The notes below the pieces were generated by a model that saw only the letters and a list, made by a program, of their open reading frames with translations, had not been told where the DNA came from and ran no database searches. From NCBI GenBank assembly GCA_051362555.1, contig CM120642.1:7626001-7690000 (forward strand): a stretch of DNA of 64,000 nucleotides, given 5' to 3'. A program made the position numbers and the translations under genes. Shown here in pieces: positions 12,079 through 23,734 of this stretch (within the stretch, counting starts at the first letter, position 1; each line of letters begins with the position of its first letter). The stretch comes from Lingula anatina. Lineage: Eukaryota > Animalia > Brachiopoda.

Positions 12079-13925
12079 TTACCGGCACCGGTACAATGTT
12101 CCCTGTATTCATCTGCACAACTGTTATTGCCGAGAGCAGCGCCACGCATGCTACAGTGGTTTAGCAACGGTATTGCTCCCAACTCGCCGCAGTCGGCTGA
12201 ATTTGAGAAAGCAGAAATGAGCGCAAACATAGAGTATCATCAGTATTGGTGACCGGGCTCATAAAATGGAGAAAACGGATGACAGCCGGTCAGCAATGAC
12301 CAGTAATTGTCTTAATCCGAAACAATATCATTGGGGTAGGGGCTGTAGGAATCTATCCCACCCACACTTTTTTCCAACAACGTCATTAAAAAGGACGGCG
12401 GGCAGGGAACTAAGGAATTTTCCCTTCCCTTACAGTAATATTTTATACGCTTACCCCCCTACCCCCATCCCACCCACCCCTTCACCCACCCACCCTAAAA
12501 ACGTACAAGTATATTTGAATAGACCCTACATGATTGCACAATTATGTATCATCAGTATTTCAAGACAAGCCCACACCCACACTCTCACCGCACAACTACC
12601 ATATCCAAAAATGGCGTGTAAATACTATTGGTTTTGAAAACAAACTGTTTGACTTTAAAAAAATTTGAATATATTTAATTGATACGTTCCATAAATTTCA
12701 TGTTTGTCTTTTCTATGCAATGCAAACTTTTGTTATGTAGTACTTTTCAATATTATTATAAAAACGATATACAAAAACATTTTCTGCAATAATGATGATT
12801 AAGTTTAGCATTATCTAATATATGACTTCTGTTTCTGTTATAAACAAAGCCCTTATATCCAACATCTTTGAATTCCACGAACCGCCAGGAATTGATAAAT
12901 CCAAGGGTTCTTCGTTTAATCGTGATAAATTCTTTAAGCTCTTAATTGATTCTTATTTTTTCTCAGTCAGTTCTTACAATTTTGAGAGATCGTGCAATCT
13001 GGACAAAAGTTCTGAGTTGTTCAAAATTTTGGTCCCGAACTCCCGAAAGTAAAAAATCTTGTTTAATTCTTAACAAATCCTTGGTATATTCTTAGATATT
13101 GTAACGGATCTTGGAAACATGAAGCATTCGTCTGATCACGATTTGACTACGAGTTTGTAAAGCAGCGGTGAAGGACTTTTTATACCTGTCCTGGGGGCAC
13201 AATAGTCCCTCGAAATTTCAAAAATAGTCAAGATTACATCATTAGTCGTAGGTGCATTCGGCAGATACTTAGCTTTCTCTTATCTGAATCCTAATATTCC
13301 TGAAGTATGCCTATAAGTCCAAATTTGTAACTGAATCCGGACAAGATATCTACCGGAAAGGTGCAAAATTACACGATTCCTCGCTATCTCTAAATTGTAT
13401 CAATTCCTAGCTATTCGTGGAATTCATATAAGTTTGGAAACATTAGATCAAAGGGTTTTCCACTAATCGCGTTCGGTCTGAAAGCGCACGGCGACGGCGA
13501 CGACAAATGCAGGTGCTGGCTATATCATCATGTACATGTTTTAGTAGTGATGAATAAATTCATTTACCCCTAGGGACCCCCCCACCGCCACTTACACTAA
13601 AATGCCAAAGGGTACATGCACCTCTTTGATGATCATTCTTGGCTTATGATGTTGCATCTTGTTCTTTGCTTGCTTGCATGTTTGCATCACTATGCTAAAA
13701 TTTAGTTTAGCATTGGTATCACAATGCAAGTTCAGAGAAAAACTACATGCAGCATTTGTAAAAAAAATATATGACTTTAGATTCATTGTTGAACGGAGTA
13801 GCATTTTATGCTAAATTAAATAAAAGATTATAATTACGTGGATGCTCGGGATGTACGGCGCCAACTGCGTCAATAAGAACAAAGAGTACCAAGAGCTTTA
13901 GTACCAGTCTAATGTTGTCAGCCAT
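6042..13925 (-). CDS. Secreted protein: signal peptide + fibulin-type anaphylatoxin-like (ANATO) Cys modules + C-terminal von Willebrand factor D (VWD) domain, about 538 aa
   Basis: Phase-consistent GT-AG exons: 13925-13838 (MADNIRLVLKLLVLFVLIDAVGA signal peptide), 12196-12083, 11250-10963, 9592-9359, 8512-8258, 7701-7592, 7223-7092, 6752-6370, 6054-6042 (GYPC-stop). Optional exon 11406-11352 pairs with the acceptor at 11273; alternative acceptor at 8485. ANATO motifs: LCCEMG...C...C...ICCECC and KACECCLLG...C...DCRTYFSQCC. VWD motifs: GDPHFVTFDG.ITYNGPCRYTL, LNIEVPKMYRGKLTGLGGNFNGDPMDD, ADSWLV. Probable non-coding first exon ending at 16388 (AAG|GTAAGC). Confidence 0.82.
8788..9036. mobile_element. 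Short MITE-like interspersed repeat
   Basis: Ends CAGGGGTGG...GGGGGGTC and GACCCCC...GGATCCGCCCCTG form imperfect inverted termini; lies in an intron. Confidence 0.45.
9731..10843 (-). mobile_element. Helentron/HINE-like non-autonomous element (reverse orientation)
   Basis: AAACTAGAGG...CCTC hairpin end. CACCAGCG motif near both ends, with a CCAGC..GCTGG stem at the right end. GC-rich CG-repeat tract at 10730-10800 and internal repeated GGTCAAA motifs. Boundaries approximate. Confidence 0.5.
11928..12075. repeat. Two (TA)n microsatellites
   Basis: TA runs at about 11928-11957 and 11999-12075; source of the IYIYIY ORFs. Confidence 0.95.
13200..13560 (-). mobile_element. Partial HINE-like element related to the element at 50463-53122
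   Basis: GGCGACGGCGACGACAAATGCAGGTGCTGGC (about 13490-13520) is the reverse complement of the GCCATCACCTGCGTCTGTCGTCGCCGTCGCC head at about 50499. Left boundary is a guess. Confidence 0.45.
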
Positions 13926-16900
13926 TTTCGACATTCGTCGTATTTTAGTTCCTGAAAAAGATGTCGACGTGATAAAACTTGTTGATATAATACTCTGAGA
14001 AGTTGACAAATGCATGGGAGTAGATTAATGGAACTGTGCTGTTCATAATTCAAATACACCAATGCAAACAAACATACGGTTCGCATTCACGCAACTCTCA
14101 TACCATAGGGAATACAGATTCACGCACATGTCAGGAGCTTATTTTTAAGACTAGACATATTTGATGAGATGGATAGAATTCGACCGATTTTAATTTTGAT
14201 GAAATAAGTTTTATAAAAATATAATCATATATTTATCTTAAGTTTAAAGCCCCTTAAAATGTTCAGTAGACTTTACCTAAAAAAACAAATACAAATATAT
14301 AGAAATAAAAGATTATTGAGAAGGACTACAATTCCAATACAGATTTTTGCACCTTTAATGTAGCTTTCATAAAAACGGCATATACATATATATATAAACT
14401 TCATATCATCCATTCACCATGACAGCTAGCGAAAAACAAATAAACAAAAAATTTAAACCCTCAGAGAATCAAAAATTCAAAACAATAGAGAAGCATCGGT
14501 GGAATGGTCTTCAATATGTCCACCTATTCTGAGAATCACAGGCTACAGTCAAATTAATCAACAAATCGATTAAAAACCCAAGGGTGTCCACCAGTTTGGA
14601 TTTCACAGTTTTCGATATATCTGGGGAAGCCTCTCTAAACACCGTCGTCTATTATGCAACGAGCTGGAAACCATCAACGTTTTTGGGTTCAACACTGGAG
14701 CCATGTGGCTCTCACAGATGACGATGGCCTGATTATAAATTTACCGAATTATCGAGAGGGTCGAATTAAAGTTCACAGGTTTCCTGAAGAGGCTTGCTGA
14801 AGAGGCTCCAAAGGAAAAAGAGGACGTTTGGAGCAAATATTTCGGAAACCACCAACCTCCCATTTGCAAAAGGGCACCCTATTTTATTTTGCAAATTGAT
14901 AATGCCCTTTCACAAAGAGCACTCACAATCGCAGATTACTTTGGTTGAAACCCCTACAACGACCATAAAGATCGCCACATATAAACACTTTATAGAATCT
15001 GTTGGGATTAATGTCTCTCCGAATAAAGGGCCCAACGAAAAAAAAGTCGAACATAATTAAACAAACCCCGACCGATGCCAACAATGCTATTCCATACCAA
15101 AACCTATCAGAAGGAATGCCACGAGAGAAAGGTACTGACGGTTGTTAGATAAAGACATCCATATGGTGGGGCGTGGCACTCATTAACAGCTGATAATTTG
15201 AAAAATATGGAAATCCAAATAAGGCTTTTAATGGTTGTTTAAAACTTATAATCAGTCATGTATTCTTGCAGTGCTCTGCCGATGAACTCACTTAAGAAAC
15301 TGAATTCACAATAACACTGAAAAGATGATAAAAGCTTTTTTTTAAAATATGATTCAAGTCTTTATTTTCATTTATTACGCAGAAAAATACGTAAAGTTTG
15401 AAGTAATTGAATGTCAGCTCTGTTTTGCAGCTTAAAGTCGGGTGGTACATGCACTATAAAGGAGTGACAAAAGTAGCTAAGGTGCATTTTGAAATTATCC
15501 AAACAATTAAAAAGCAAAATTCATCGATCAGTGGTTGAAAAATAGAAGGATTTAAACTCTCGAAAACCGTTGGGAACAGTTTCATCAACAGTATACCCCT
15601 TCCCTGTAGCATAATGCTGGACACCCCGGTTCCTATAACACCACTACTCATTATGACATTAAATTAAATATCCTGAAGCTTTCTATAAAAAAATCCACAA
15701 CAGAAACGCTACGTAAATTATATCTTCTGTTAAAATTTTTGTCTTGGACTTCAAAATAGGGGTAACACTGTATACCACCAACGCTCCATTAATAATGCAT
15801 TGACTACTTGGCATTTTTGTGGAATCCTGAGCTCTTGAAAATATTTAGAAATGCGCCATGTTGAAAAAATGCCACGTTGCAGAGCAAAGAACCGAATGTG
15901 TCAGCTTCTTTCTCGGGTCATTTATTTTTTAGAATTCATATTAGTTTCAAAATTCCGTTGACTTCAACGAGAGTCTGTTTTATCCACCGTGAAATGATTG
16001 TAAAGAATCTTAAAAATCTTATCTAACTGAATAATTGAACTATTTATCTAAAGGGATCTTTTGCAGAAAAAAATTAACTTCACGATGAGACCTATATTAC
16101 AAACACAAGGTGTCTGTATAAAATTTAAAACCCAAAATTGTCTCGTTTAAAGCGCACTTGAAAGTCTGAAACCCAAGATTGACTTGCGACAACAGTTGCA
16201 ATAATTTTGAAAACATTCAAAAATATTAAAATTGCATGAACCAGGTTTTTTAATCCTTGCTTCGCGAATTTCACCACTCAAATGAATATCTTAAAAACGG
16301 ATCCTACTGCACCTAAACCATTTAATATTTGGAACAGTTATAATCGTTCTGTAGCAGTTACATGGTATACATAAACAATCTGCTTACCTTTCAAGAACGA
16401 GTCTTCTTCCTCTGTTATAACGTCAATGGATAGGATTAGTTGTGGAGCTACTGTGTCGCCGACGTCGTAAGATATATCTGCGTGTAACAGGTGCGGTATT
16501 AGCGATAACAGTTAATATTCATGAAGTTATATAGGTCATATCTCTAGCCACATTTCTTTCCATATTTTTAATCAAGGGGTAAAAGGGAGGCATATTAGAA
16601 ACAGTTCTTTACTTCTCGCGGGTTCAAATGTGACCAATAATCAAATATCCAGTTTTCGATATTTCAAACGTATGTAAATCCTTTAATGTGATTTAGATAT
16701 AATTTGAAAAAAAAATCTAGACGTTCTAATAAGAACCTTCTTTCCACCACGTTAATAGACCCATCTTTAAAGAATTCAGTATAGATGTCACTTCTATCGT
16801 GCTGGAGCACTCCCTCAAAAAATCGATCAAGCCACGCATTCTCCTTTGCAATGCAACCTACAAAGAAATGTTTCCTTTTTGATTATGCTGCCAAAAGGGG

Positions 16901-18009
16901 CTTGTCGTCTTACGTTTCAAATTCATACATAATTTATTTCAGCCACAGGCCAATATCGCATTAAAATATAAGAAAAGAAATAAAACTGGCAAGGACAATA
17001 CACATTAAAGAAGGGACACACATTACGTAAGACTTAAAAGACACAATAATGTATAAGAGACTAATTGATTAATATTATGAGCATGCAAATATTTGGGATA
17101 ATAACACAATAACAAGGAGACCAAAAACTTATATTATGGGCATAATCACCTTAATTCAAAGCAAAAATGGGATATAAAAAATTATTATATAAGTTTCACT
17201 TTGTGTTGACAAGACTTGAATAAACAGATCAGAACATAACTTATTTTAGAATTTTGTATGGATTTTAGGATAAATCGCTAAAATTACTTTTTTGATAAAG
17301 CATATTTCAGCTATTTGAAGTTAGTAATGGGTACGACCAACAGTGGCCAAATTGGGAGATAGCAAGAATTAAAGGGGGGGGGGGAGATATTGCATCCTGA
17401 ATTAGCCGGTGCACTTGTGTTTATTTCAACTTGAAAAGACATTTGATAACGTTTGAATCTCTAAGAAAGGGCACCTGGTTGCTACAAAAGTAACTTATTT
17501 AGTGTGTTATAAGAAAAAAAGAAGAATAAATAACATTTCTAGAATAATTGCAATTATTTTATTTTCCCGCAAGAACGACATAGAGGTGCTATTGGAACAA
17601 AAACCCTTAACCCATGAAATAATTTAATAAAAGTCGAATATAAATCCTTTGGTTACCCAGTGGTATAACTTTTGTTAATTTCACATAAATCGCATACCAA
17701 TCTTAATCAGTAACACATGATTAACGTTTAGCAATAGCTACGATTCAAAACAGATTGATATACATTTTGCATTGTTATTGGTACAAACACGCTTTTTCTT
17801 TGCTTGTCACAGGTATTAAACTTGAACGGACACCTCTTTGATCATTTTGTTCATTTTAATATCAATATTTTGTTTTATTACCGATCAGTTTAATTTTTTT
17901 TACACACCGTGTCTTATCTACTGTCAAATCTTAACCAATGATACATTCAAGCGTTCAATCTTCAATTTAAAATTAAAATTAAAACATTAACTTGAATGAC
18001 TGCGGCTAT

Positions 18010-18013
<4 letters not shown>

Positions 18014-18048
<35 letters not shown>
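18014..18048. repeat. (GA)n microsatellite
   Basis: Perfect GA run. Confidence 0.95.
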
Positions 18049-18052
<4 letters not shown>

Positions 18053-18660
18053 ATTGAAACTATATTTGACCACGTTTCTGGACACTTTCCTCCAGATGCC
18101 AGTTCCATCTCACTTATTAGTTCAAAACATTGCATCCAAACTTTTTTGCATGAAGTTTTTTGGTCTTACAAAATAACTGAATTATGATAACTATATAAAA
18201 GTAAACGGTTTTAAATGTAGTTGCCCTTCAATAGCTAAACCTGTGTCTGAAATAACGAATTTCAGTGTTTCTTAACAACTACACATACTTTTTATATGGT
18301 GTATCTGAGTCAATATTTTTATAATAACGCTCAACATGCATTGATACATAAAGTCACCCATATGCCTATTAAATCCCGGATTTTCAATTAGATGTAACAA
18401 AAAAAAAAAGACTTTATCTTTTTATTACCGCTGGCCATAAAATACACTTATGAAATTTATATACTTGGGACAGGTAAGTACCGCATGCTTGTTTTATTAC
18501 TTAATGTATGATTGAACAGGTTTAACTAGGCTTAATATCCTGACCTATAGAGATAAAACTGGTTTTTGAAGAAAAGAATATGGACTGGAACCAGTTGGAA
18601 CCTTTTTGAAACCAATTCCCATAAAATTTTGTATTTTTGGTTCCTCTTCTGAAAAAAAAA

Positions 18661-21464
18661 TTATTGGTTTTCACATGTCTCAAGGAAGGCACTTTGGCAT
18701 AGGTTACTCCCAAAATCTGCTCGTTCGCTGCATGATCGAGAAAGCGGATCAGACAATGCCGCCCTCTGGGAACAGTAACAGCAGGTTAGAAATGTCGACT
18801 TGCAACGTTGCTCATCGCCGTAAGCTTCAGCATCTTCATCGCAGTTGGTAGCCTGTTTTCCTGCGTTGCAGCAGTCGGCCTTTCCTGTATAATCTGCACA
18901 AACAAAGAACGAATATTAAGATTTATTAATATTGATTTTCAGTATTCGGACACCTGCTTGTTTAATGAGCGTAAAAAGTGTTAATACTGTATTTTGTTAA
19001 GATGATTGCATTATACTATATGTTTAACCCTTTGGCGTACCAAATTTTAAACAAATTTACTTTCGACCAAACTGTACCATGTTGCGAATCAACGGCGAAC
19101 AAAAGAATTCACAGAATTCAGAATTAGAGCAGCGTTACTGAATATGCAGTGGGCTACAGAGGACAAAAACAATATGAGGAAAGGGGAAGCCGGAAGGTGA
19201 GGAACTGAGAGCCCAAAACGCATTGGAAAATTAAAAAACTCTCAATCCTGCTTCGAAGCGAGAATCGTCACATAAGGTTACTAATATCCGTAAAATATTT
19301 TAGAACTATGTATACATGCAACCCCTCTTGTAGTTACACAACATTTCAACATCATTCAAATAAACAAACTGTATTTATCCATTTCCATTTTTTTACACTA
19401 AAAATAGCTAATAATAGGCGAGATTTACCTGGTTCTTCACAACACATAAGGAAAGAGGCTCGGATGGTTCCTGTACTAGTAGGTACTTGCTGGACGCAGG
19501 TCTTGATAGACTGGTCTGACTGCTGACCCAATTCACAACTTATACAATTGTCCAAGTATTGGGCAACATCGCATACTTGGGGCCTCTCGGAATTTTGGCG
19601 TGTCAAGCATCTGGTCTCATCTACCCTCAGGGCTATTTCCTCGCAGTACGAGGAGTAGTCTAAAAGCAAGAAAAAGGCTATCCATTAGACTATATAACCA
19701 TCCATATATTTTAGAAATATACTTGAGATGACATACATTAACCAAGCGAAGTATATTACGTTTAAGACTTAAAATGTACAATACAAACCAATATTGATAC
19801 CACAAAGTTGGAGTCTTAAAGTTTGATTTTGGTTAATACATGTATAACATTGCTGTCATTATGATTAGATATCATTGGTTTATACATTATTCAAATGAAT
19901 ACAGCCGGTTTATCATCTTGTTTTAAGCAAAGTGTTTAAACACATTTTTCATTTAAAAACGAATATTTGAGTGTATGCTGAGTGCAATATAGTTCTGTGC
20001 CACATGAAAGCTTTATGTACACACATAGACATATAGGCTACATATATGTATATGTATGTTATTATTATAATCATAATTATTATTCAGAGATTCTCAATAT
20101 ATACCCCAGCAGGTTCATTTAAAAAACCAGAAAATGAAGTTAAAGACATATTTGCGAATTCTACTTTTTCTAAAACTCTAGTGACAGAAAGTGATAAATC
20201 TAGCTTTTTGTGCACGACATGCAAACATTCTCCGTTTCATGCCTTGTTGGTATGCACAGTTTTCGTATTCGGTAAAGAAGGTTTGAGTAACCAAAGTTTT
20301 AAATATAGCAACCCTTTCAGTTAACATTTGCACGTTTTTAACACTTACAAAAATTAGACTGCGCTAAAGGGATGTTACGAAATGCACGTTTATTGAACGG
20401 ATATATAGTCCATAAGGTCTGGCCGGGAAATACGTTTAGAAATGAGCACGCTATTCCATTTTTTTTTTTTTTTTTTTTTTTTTGGTGAGTGTAAAAATAT
20501 TATTTGGAGTGTTATACACCCCAAATGTCCCAAAGTAATTACTTTTCGATCCACTTACTTCATATTCCTTGCTAATATGCCATGATTTGAACATCTAGAC
20601 TGGAAAAATTTCTCCATTAACGTGGCGAGTTGGCAAGGTTAGAAAGTATAAATTGTTTCCCAAAGGACAAAAAGTTGTGCTTTTTATTATGCTACTGACT
20701 ACTTGCGAAAAATTGGCACATTTAGCGTGGTTAGCCGTCTTCAATATTTATTATTTTAGACTTTTTAAACAAAATCTATAAACATAAATAACAATGCCAA
20801 TTATGAAAATAGTTTGAATCTATATTATAGACTAACATTTTGTCCTCAACTTCGAGTAAATATTTTCACAATGATGGGTAACGAAGATTTTAAAAATTAT
20901 TTTCTAAGAAAACGCAGTTTTGTCGTGTTTCGTGTAAAACATCATCAGTGTTCTCTGATAATGCATCGTCTAGTTAATCATGAATGCAACTGAATTGAAG
21001 ATTTAATTAATGTTTAATTAATGTAAAGCTAAATGTACCTATATATTGAGAATCATTATTATTATTATTATGTTAAAATTTTAATACCACAAAAAGACCA
21101 ATACTCACAATCACCAAAAAGGTGCATAATGCCAACACCATCTAGTTAACTAAACCAACACCATAGAAATGATCTTTGAATATAACCCATGTAAATATCT
21201 GTTTGTAAATTGTTAATGTAGTTTTTTAGGTAGATACAATAGTTTAAATACATATGCCATAGTCACTGAAAAAATGTTTATTTATTCTCGAACGAGAATA
21301 AATAAACAAACGAGCAAATAAACAAACAAACAAACAAATAAATAGAAAAATCAAAACATGGACAAGTGAAATATATATAATTACATACCTTGAGCCTGGG
21401 TATTGCCCAGCAGTTGAACGAATACAAAGCCCAAAATCAAGACGCTTTGAAGTGAAGGTCCCAT
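18661..21464 (-). CDS. Small secreted protein made only of anaphylatoxin-like (ANATO) Cys modules, 179 aa
   Basis: Exon 21464-21389 (MGPSLQSVLILGFVFVQLLGNTQA/Q signal peptide, AAG|GTATGT, phase 1). Exon 19659-19429 (YCEEIALRVDETRC...NCISCELG...C...ASFLMCCEEP, phase 1-1). Exon 18893-18661 (ADCCNAGKQATNCDEDAEAYGDEQRCKSTFLTCCYC...C...LCQSAFLETCENQ-stop). Total 540 nt, in frame. Probable 5' UTR exon ending at 21901 (CAG|GTATGT). Confidence 0.82.
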
Positions 21465-21722
21465 GATCGTACTTGGTTTCAGTGCTGCACCAGATACATA
21501 AAAAAGATAAACCAGGCCCTCTATGAAGGTTTATTAAAATTAATACATCATAGGATATGGTGGATATCGACAATAAATTAATCGAAAATTGTTGCATGAA
21601 GGCATGCATAGAGAGAATGATGAATAAAGATACCTGAACCTGTACAGCGGCAAACTCTTGTGTCTTAATTTCAAATTTGCTGATTGTGTTATAAAACAGT
21701 TATAGACTTTGTGGTTCGGTCA

Positions 21723-21804
21723 CCCAACGGCGATATTCGACCCTCAGCTGAAATAATTGACCGACGCCTTCGGCCTTCGGCGTCAGTCGAATATCGCCGT
21801 TGGG
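21723..21804. repeat. Perfect 19-bp inverted repeat enclosing a GC-rich hairpin (probable transposon remnant)
   Basis: CCCAACGGCGATATTCGAC (21723-21741) and GTCGAATATCGCCGTTGGG (21786-21804); inner GACGCC...GGCGTC stem. Confidence 0.75.
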
Positions 21805-22432
21805 CAACCTCCATCAAATTCAATAATTGTATAATATTTATAAAATGTCAACAGTAAAGGTTTCAAGCACAAACCTTGCAGTTGAACTTAGCACACATAC
21901 CTGCAAATGTTTACAATATTTCAGCCTCGGAGATTCGTCCCAATGTGCAGTTTTCTAATCAGTTTTCTCTTTCGTTACCTTCGCAGCGTGCTAATTTGCG
22001 TGACACGCGCTGCACCAGCTGCGTCATATTTTATTTAAACTCAGGATCCCTTCATTGCTTTCCTACTGCGCCTACGATCTCGCTTGCCATATAGAAATGT
22101 TAAATAATTCACTTATTTCAACTTGGCGCCGCTGAGATATCATAGAGGCGATGGTCTATGCGAAGAACTAGTTTAAGGAAATACATTTAGGGACTTACAG
22201 TCTGGTTAATTTTTTATTACATAAACCAATTTACAGGTCAAGGCCATCCTCAGCTTCATTGACAGCATAAAGACTCAAAAATTTTAACATGATTAAACTT
22301 ATTTCAGACTCCACGGTCCATGAATGGTGTTTTCGGTACTAGACCGACAATAAATGAATAAATTTGAGTTGAAGAGAGTTTGGTCGTAGTGGTCAAAGGA
22401 ACCAGTATTTTGCAGGTTTCAAAATTTTCTGG

Positions 22433-22489
22433 GAATTTTCCTTAATGCACCATATTCAACAATTTTCCTTAATGCACCATATTCAACAA
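22433..22489. repeat. 27-bp tandem duplication
   Basis: AATTTTCCTTAATGCACCATATTCAAC occurs twice in tandem. Confidence 0.8.
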
Positions 22490-23734
22490 TAAATAAAACT
22501 ACGATCCATAAACACTTTTTTGTTTGAAGAATGTTTAGTCTAGATTATTGTCCATGTCTAAAGTCACTCTGATAATTGCTTGGTGATGGAATCTGATGAA
22601 TTTCGCATGCCTTATTTAACCCGTTTTCCGCTTTCTTTTGAATGGCTAAACTCAATCGAAACAGTCGGATAGGCCTTTTTGTGCAACCATGTTTAACCCA
22701 GATAAATAATAAAACAAAAATATTAACAACCCCCTATATCACACGGATCCTTATATACTCCGATTGGTGGTAATATTCTGGTATAATATTAGAGTCAAAA
22801 GATATCAAAATTGGCAAAAAGGATAGGGAACCCCCCTTTTTTGGAATGCATTTCAAGGACAGGAGAGCCGTCTTTTCAATTCCGTTGACAGGCCTTTTGT
22901 TCTTCCATAGGATGAATAACAACCTAAGCCTAAATACGCCTCGGACCATTTTGAGTAGAGAAACCGTTTGCGAATGGCCCGTAAGCTCCACAGTCTGTAA
23001 CAGACAATGTGGGATACCAAGTGGACTTCACAAATTGAAGTTTGGGGGACTTTCTTTGGATAGTTGATACAACGTGAACGGCGTGATACATGGACAATGT
23101 AACCCACTGTAGTACCACCTTATTGGTGATAGCAAAACACATTTATATTTTTTCAGTATTTTTATTATTTTTCCATGCCCCCCTTGGTGGGGTGGTGCAT
23201 GCACACAATATATAATATTCAAACAATATATATTCAAACAAATGGCTTCATTCAGTTTTTATTGTATCATTAGCTGATATCATTATTACTTATATTTTTC
23301 AAACACCCTTGTTATACAGATATATGCCGAATTAAAAAACATGGAGTTTTGATAATAATATACAAATATTGACTTTGGGTGAGGTCATCTCAGGGATTTA
23401 TAGACTCACTATTCACGGAAACATTCCTCTTCACATTCTAGCTAGTACATTTTGAAGAAAAGTTTATTACAACAGAAAATACCTGGAGACAAAATATGTT
23501 AGTACCTTATGTATAGTGTCTCAAATTTATCACAATTAATCTCAAAAGTTAGGATCGGGAATAAAATCATTAAGGTTAAATAATTATGAAAATTACTGCA
23601 TATTCTTTTAATATACCCAATGTTAATATTAACATCATTATCGTTATTACATCTAGATTCAGTTGTCAATGGATGCATTATTCATTATTATTTCTTTAAC
23701 ATTAAAAAATACTTTTCTCCAGAGCATTGCTTTT

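Noticed and set aside
11840-12252. ORFs with IYIYIY runs (also 36231-36669)
   Set aside because: Translations of (TA)n microsatellites. The real exons here are on the minus strand (12196-12083; 36403-36247).
15430-15795. Possible TTAA-flanked MITE
   Set aside because: The terminal inverted match is too weak to separate from chance.
20188-20328. Short minus-strand Cys-containing frame (EYENCAYQQG...FACR...FITFCH) inside the ANATO-only gene
   Set aside because: No usable phase-1 acceptor/donor pair, and it ends in a stop; the gene is complete without it.
21108-21198. Exon-like segment MVLALCTFLVI with a GTGAGT donor
   Set aside because: Donor is phase 0, incompatible with the next phase-1 exon; the 21464-21389 exon fits better.
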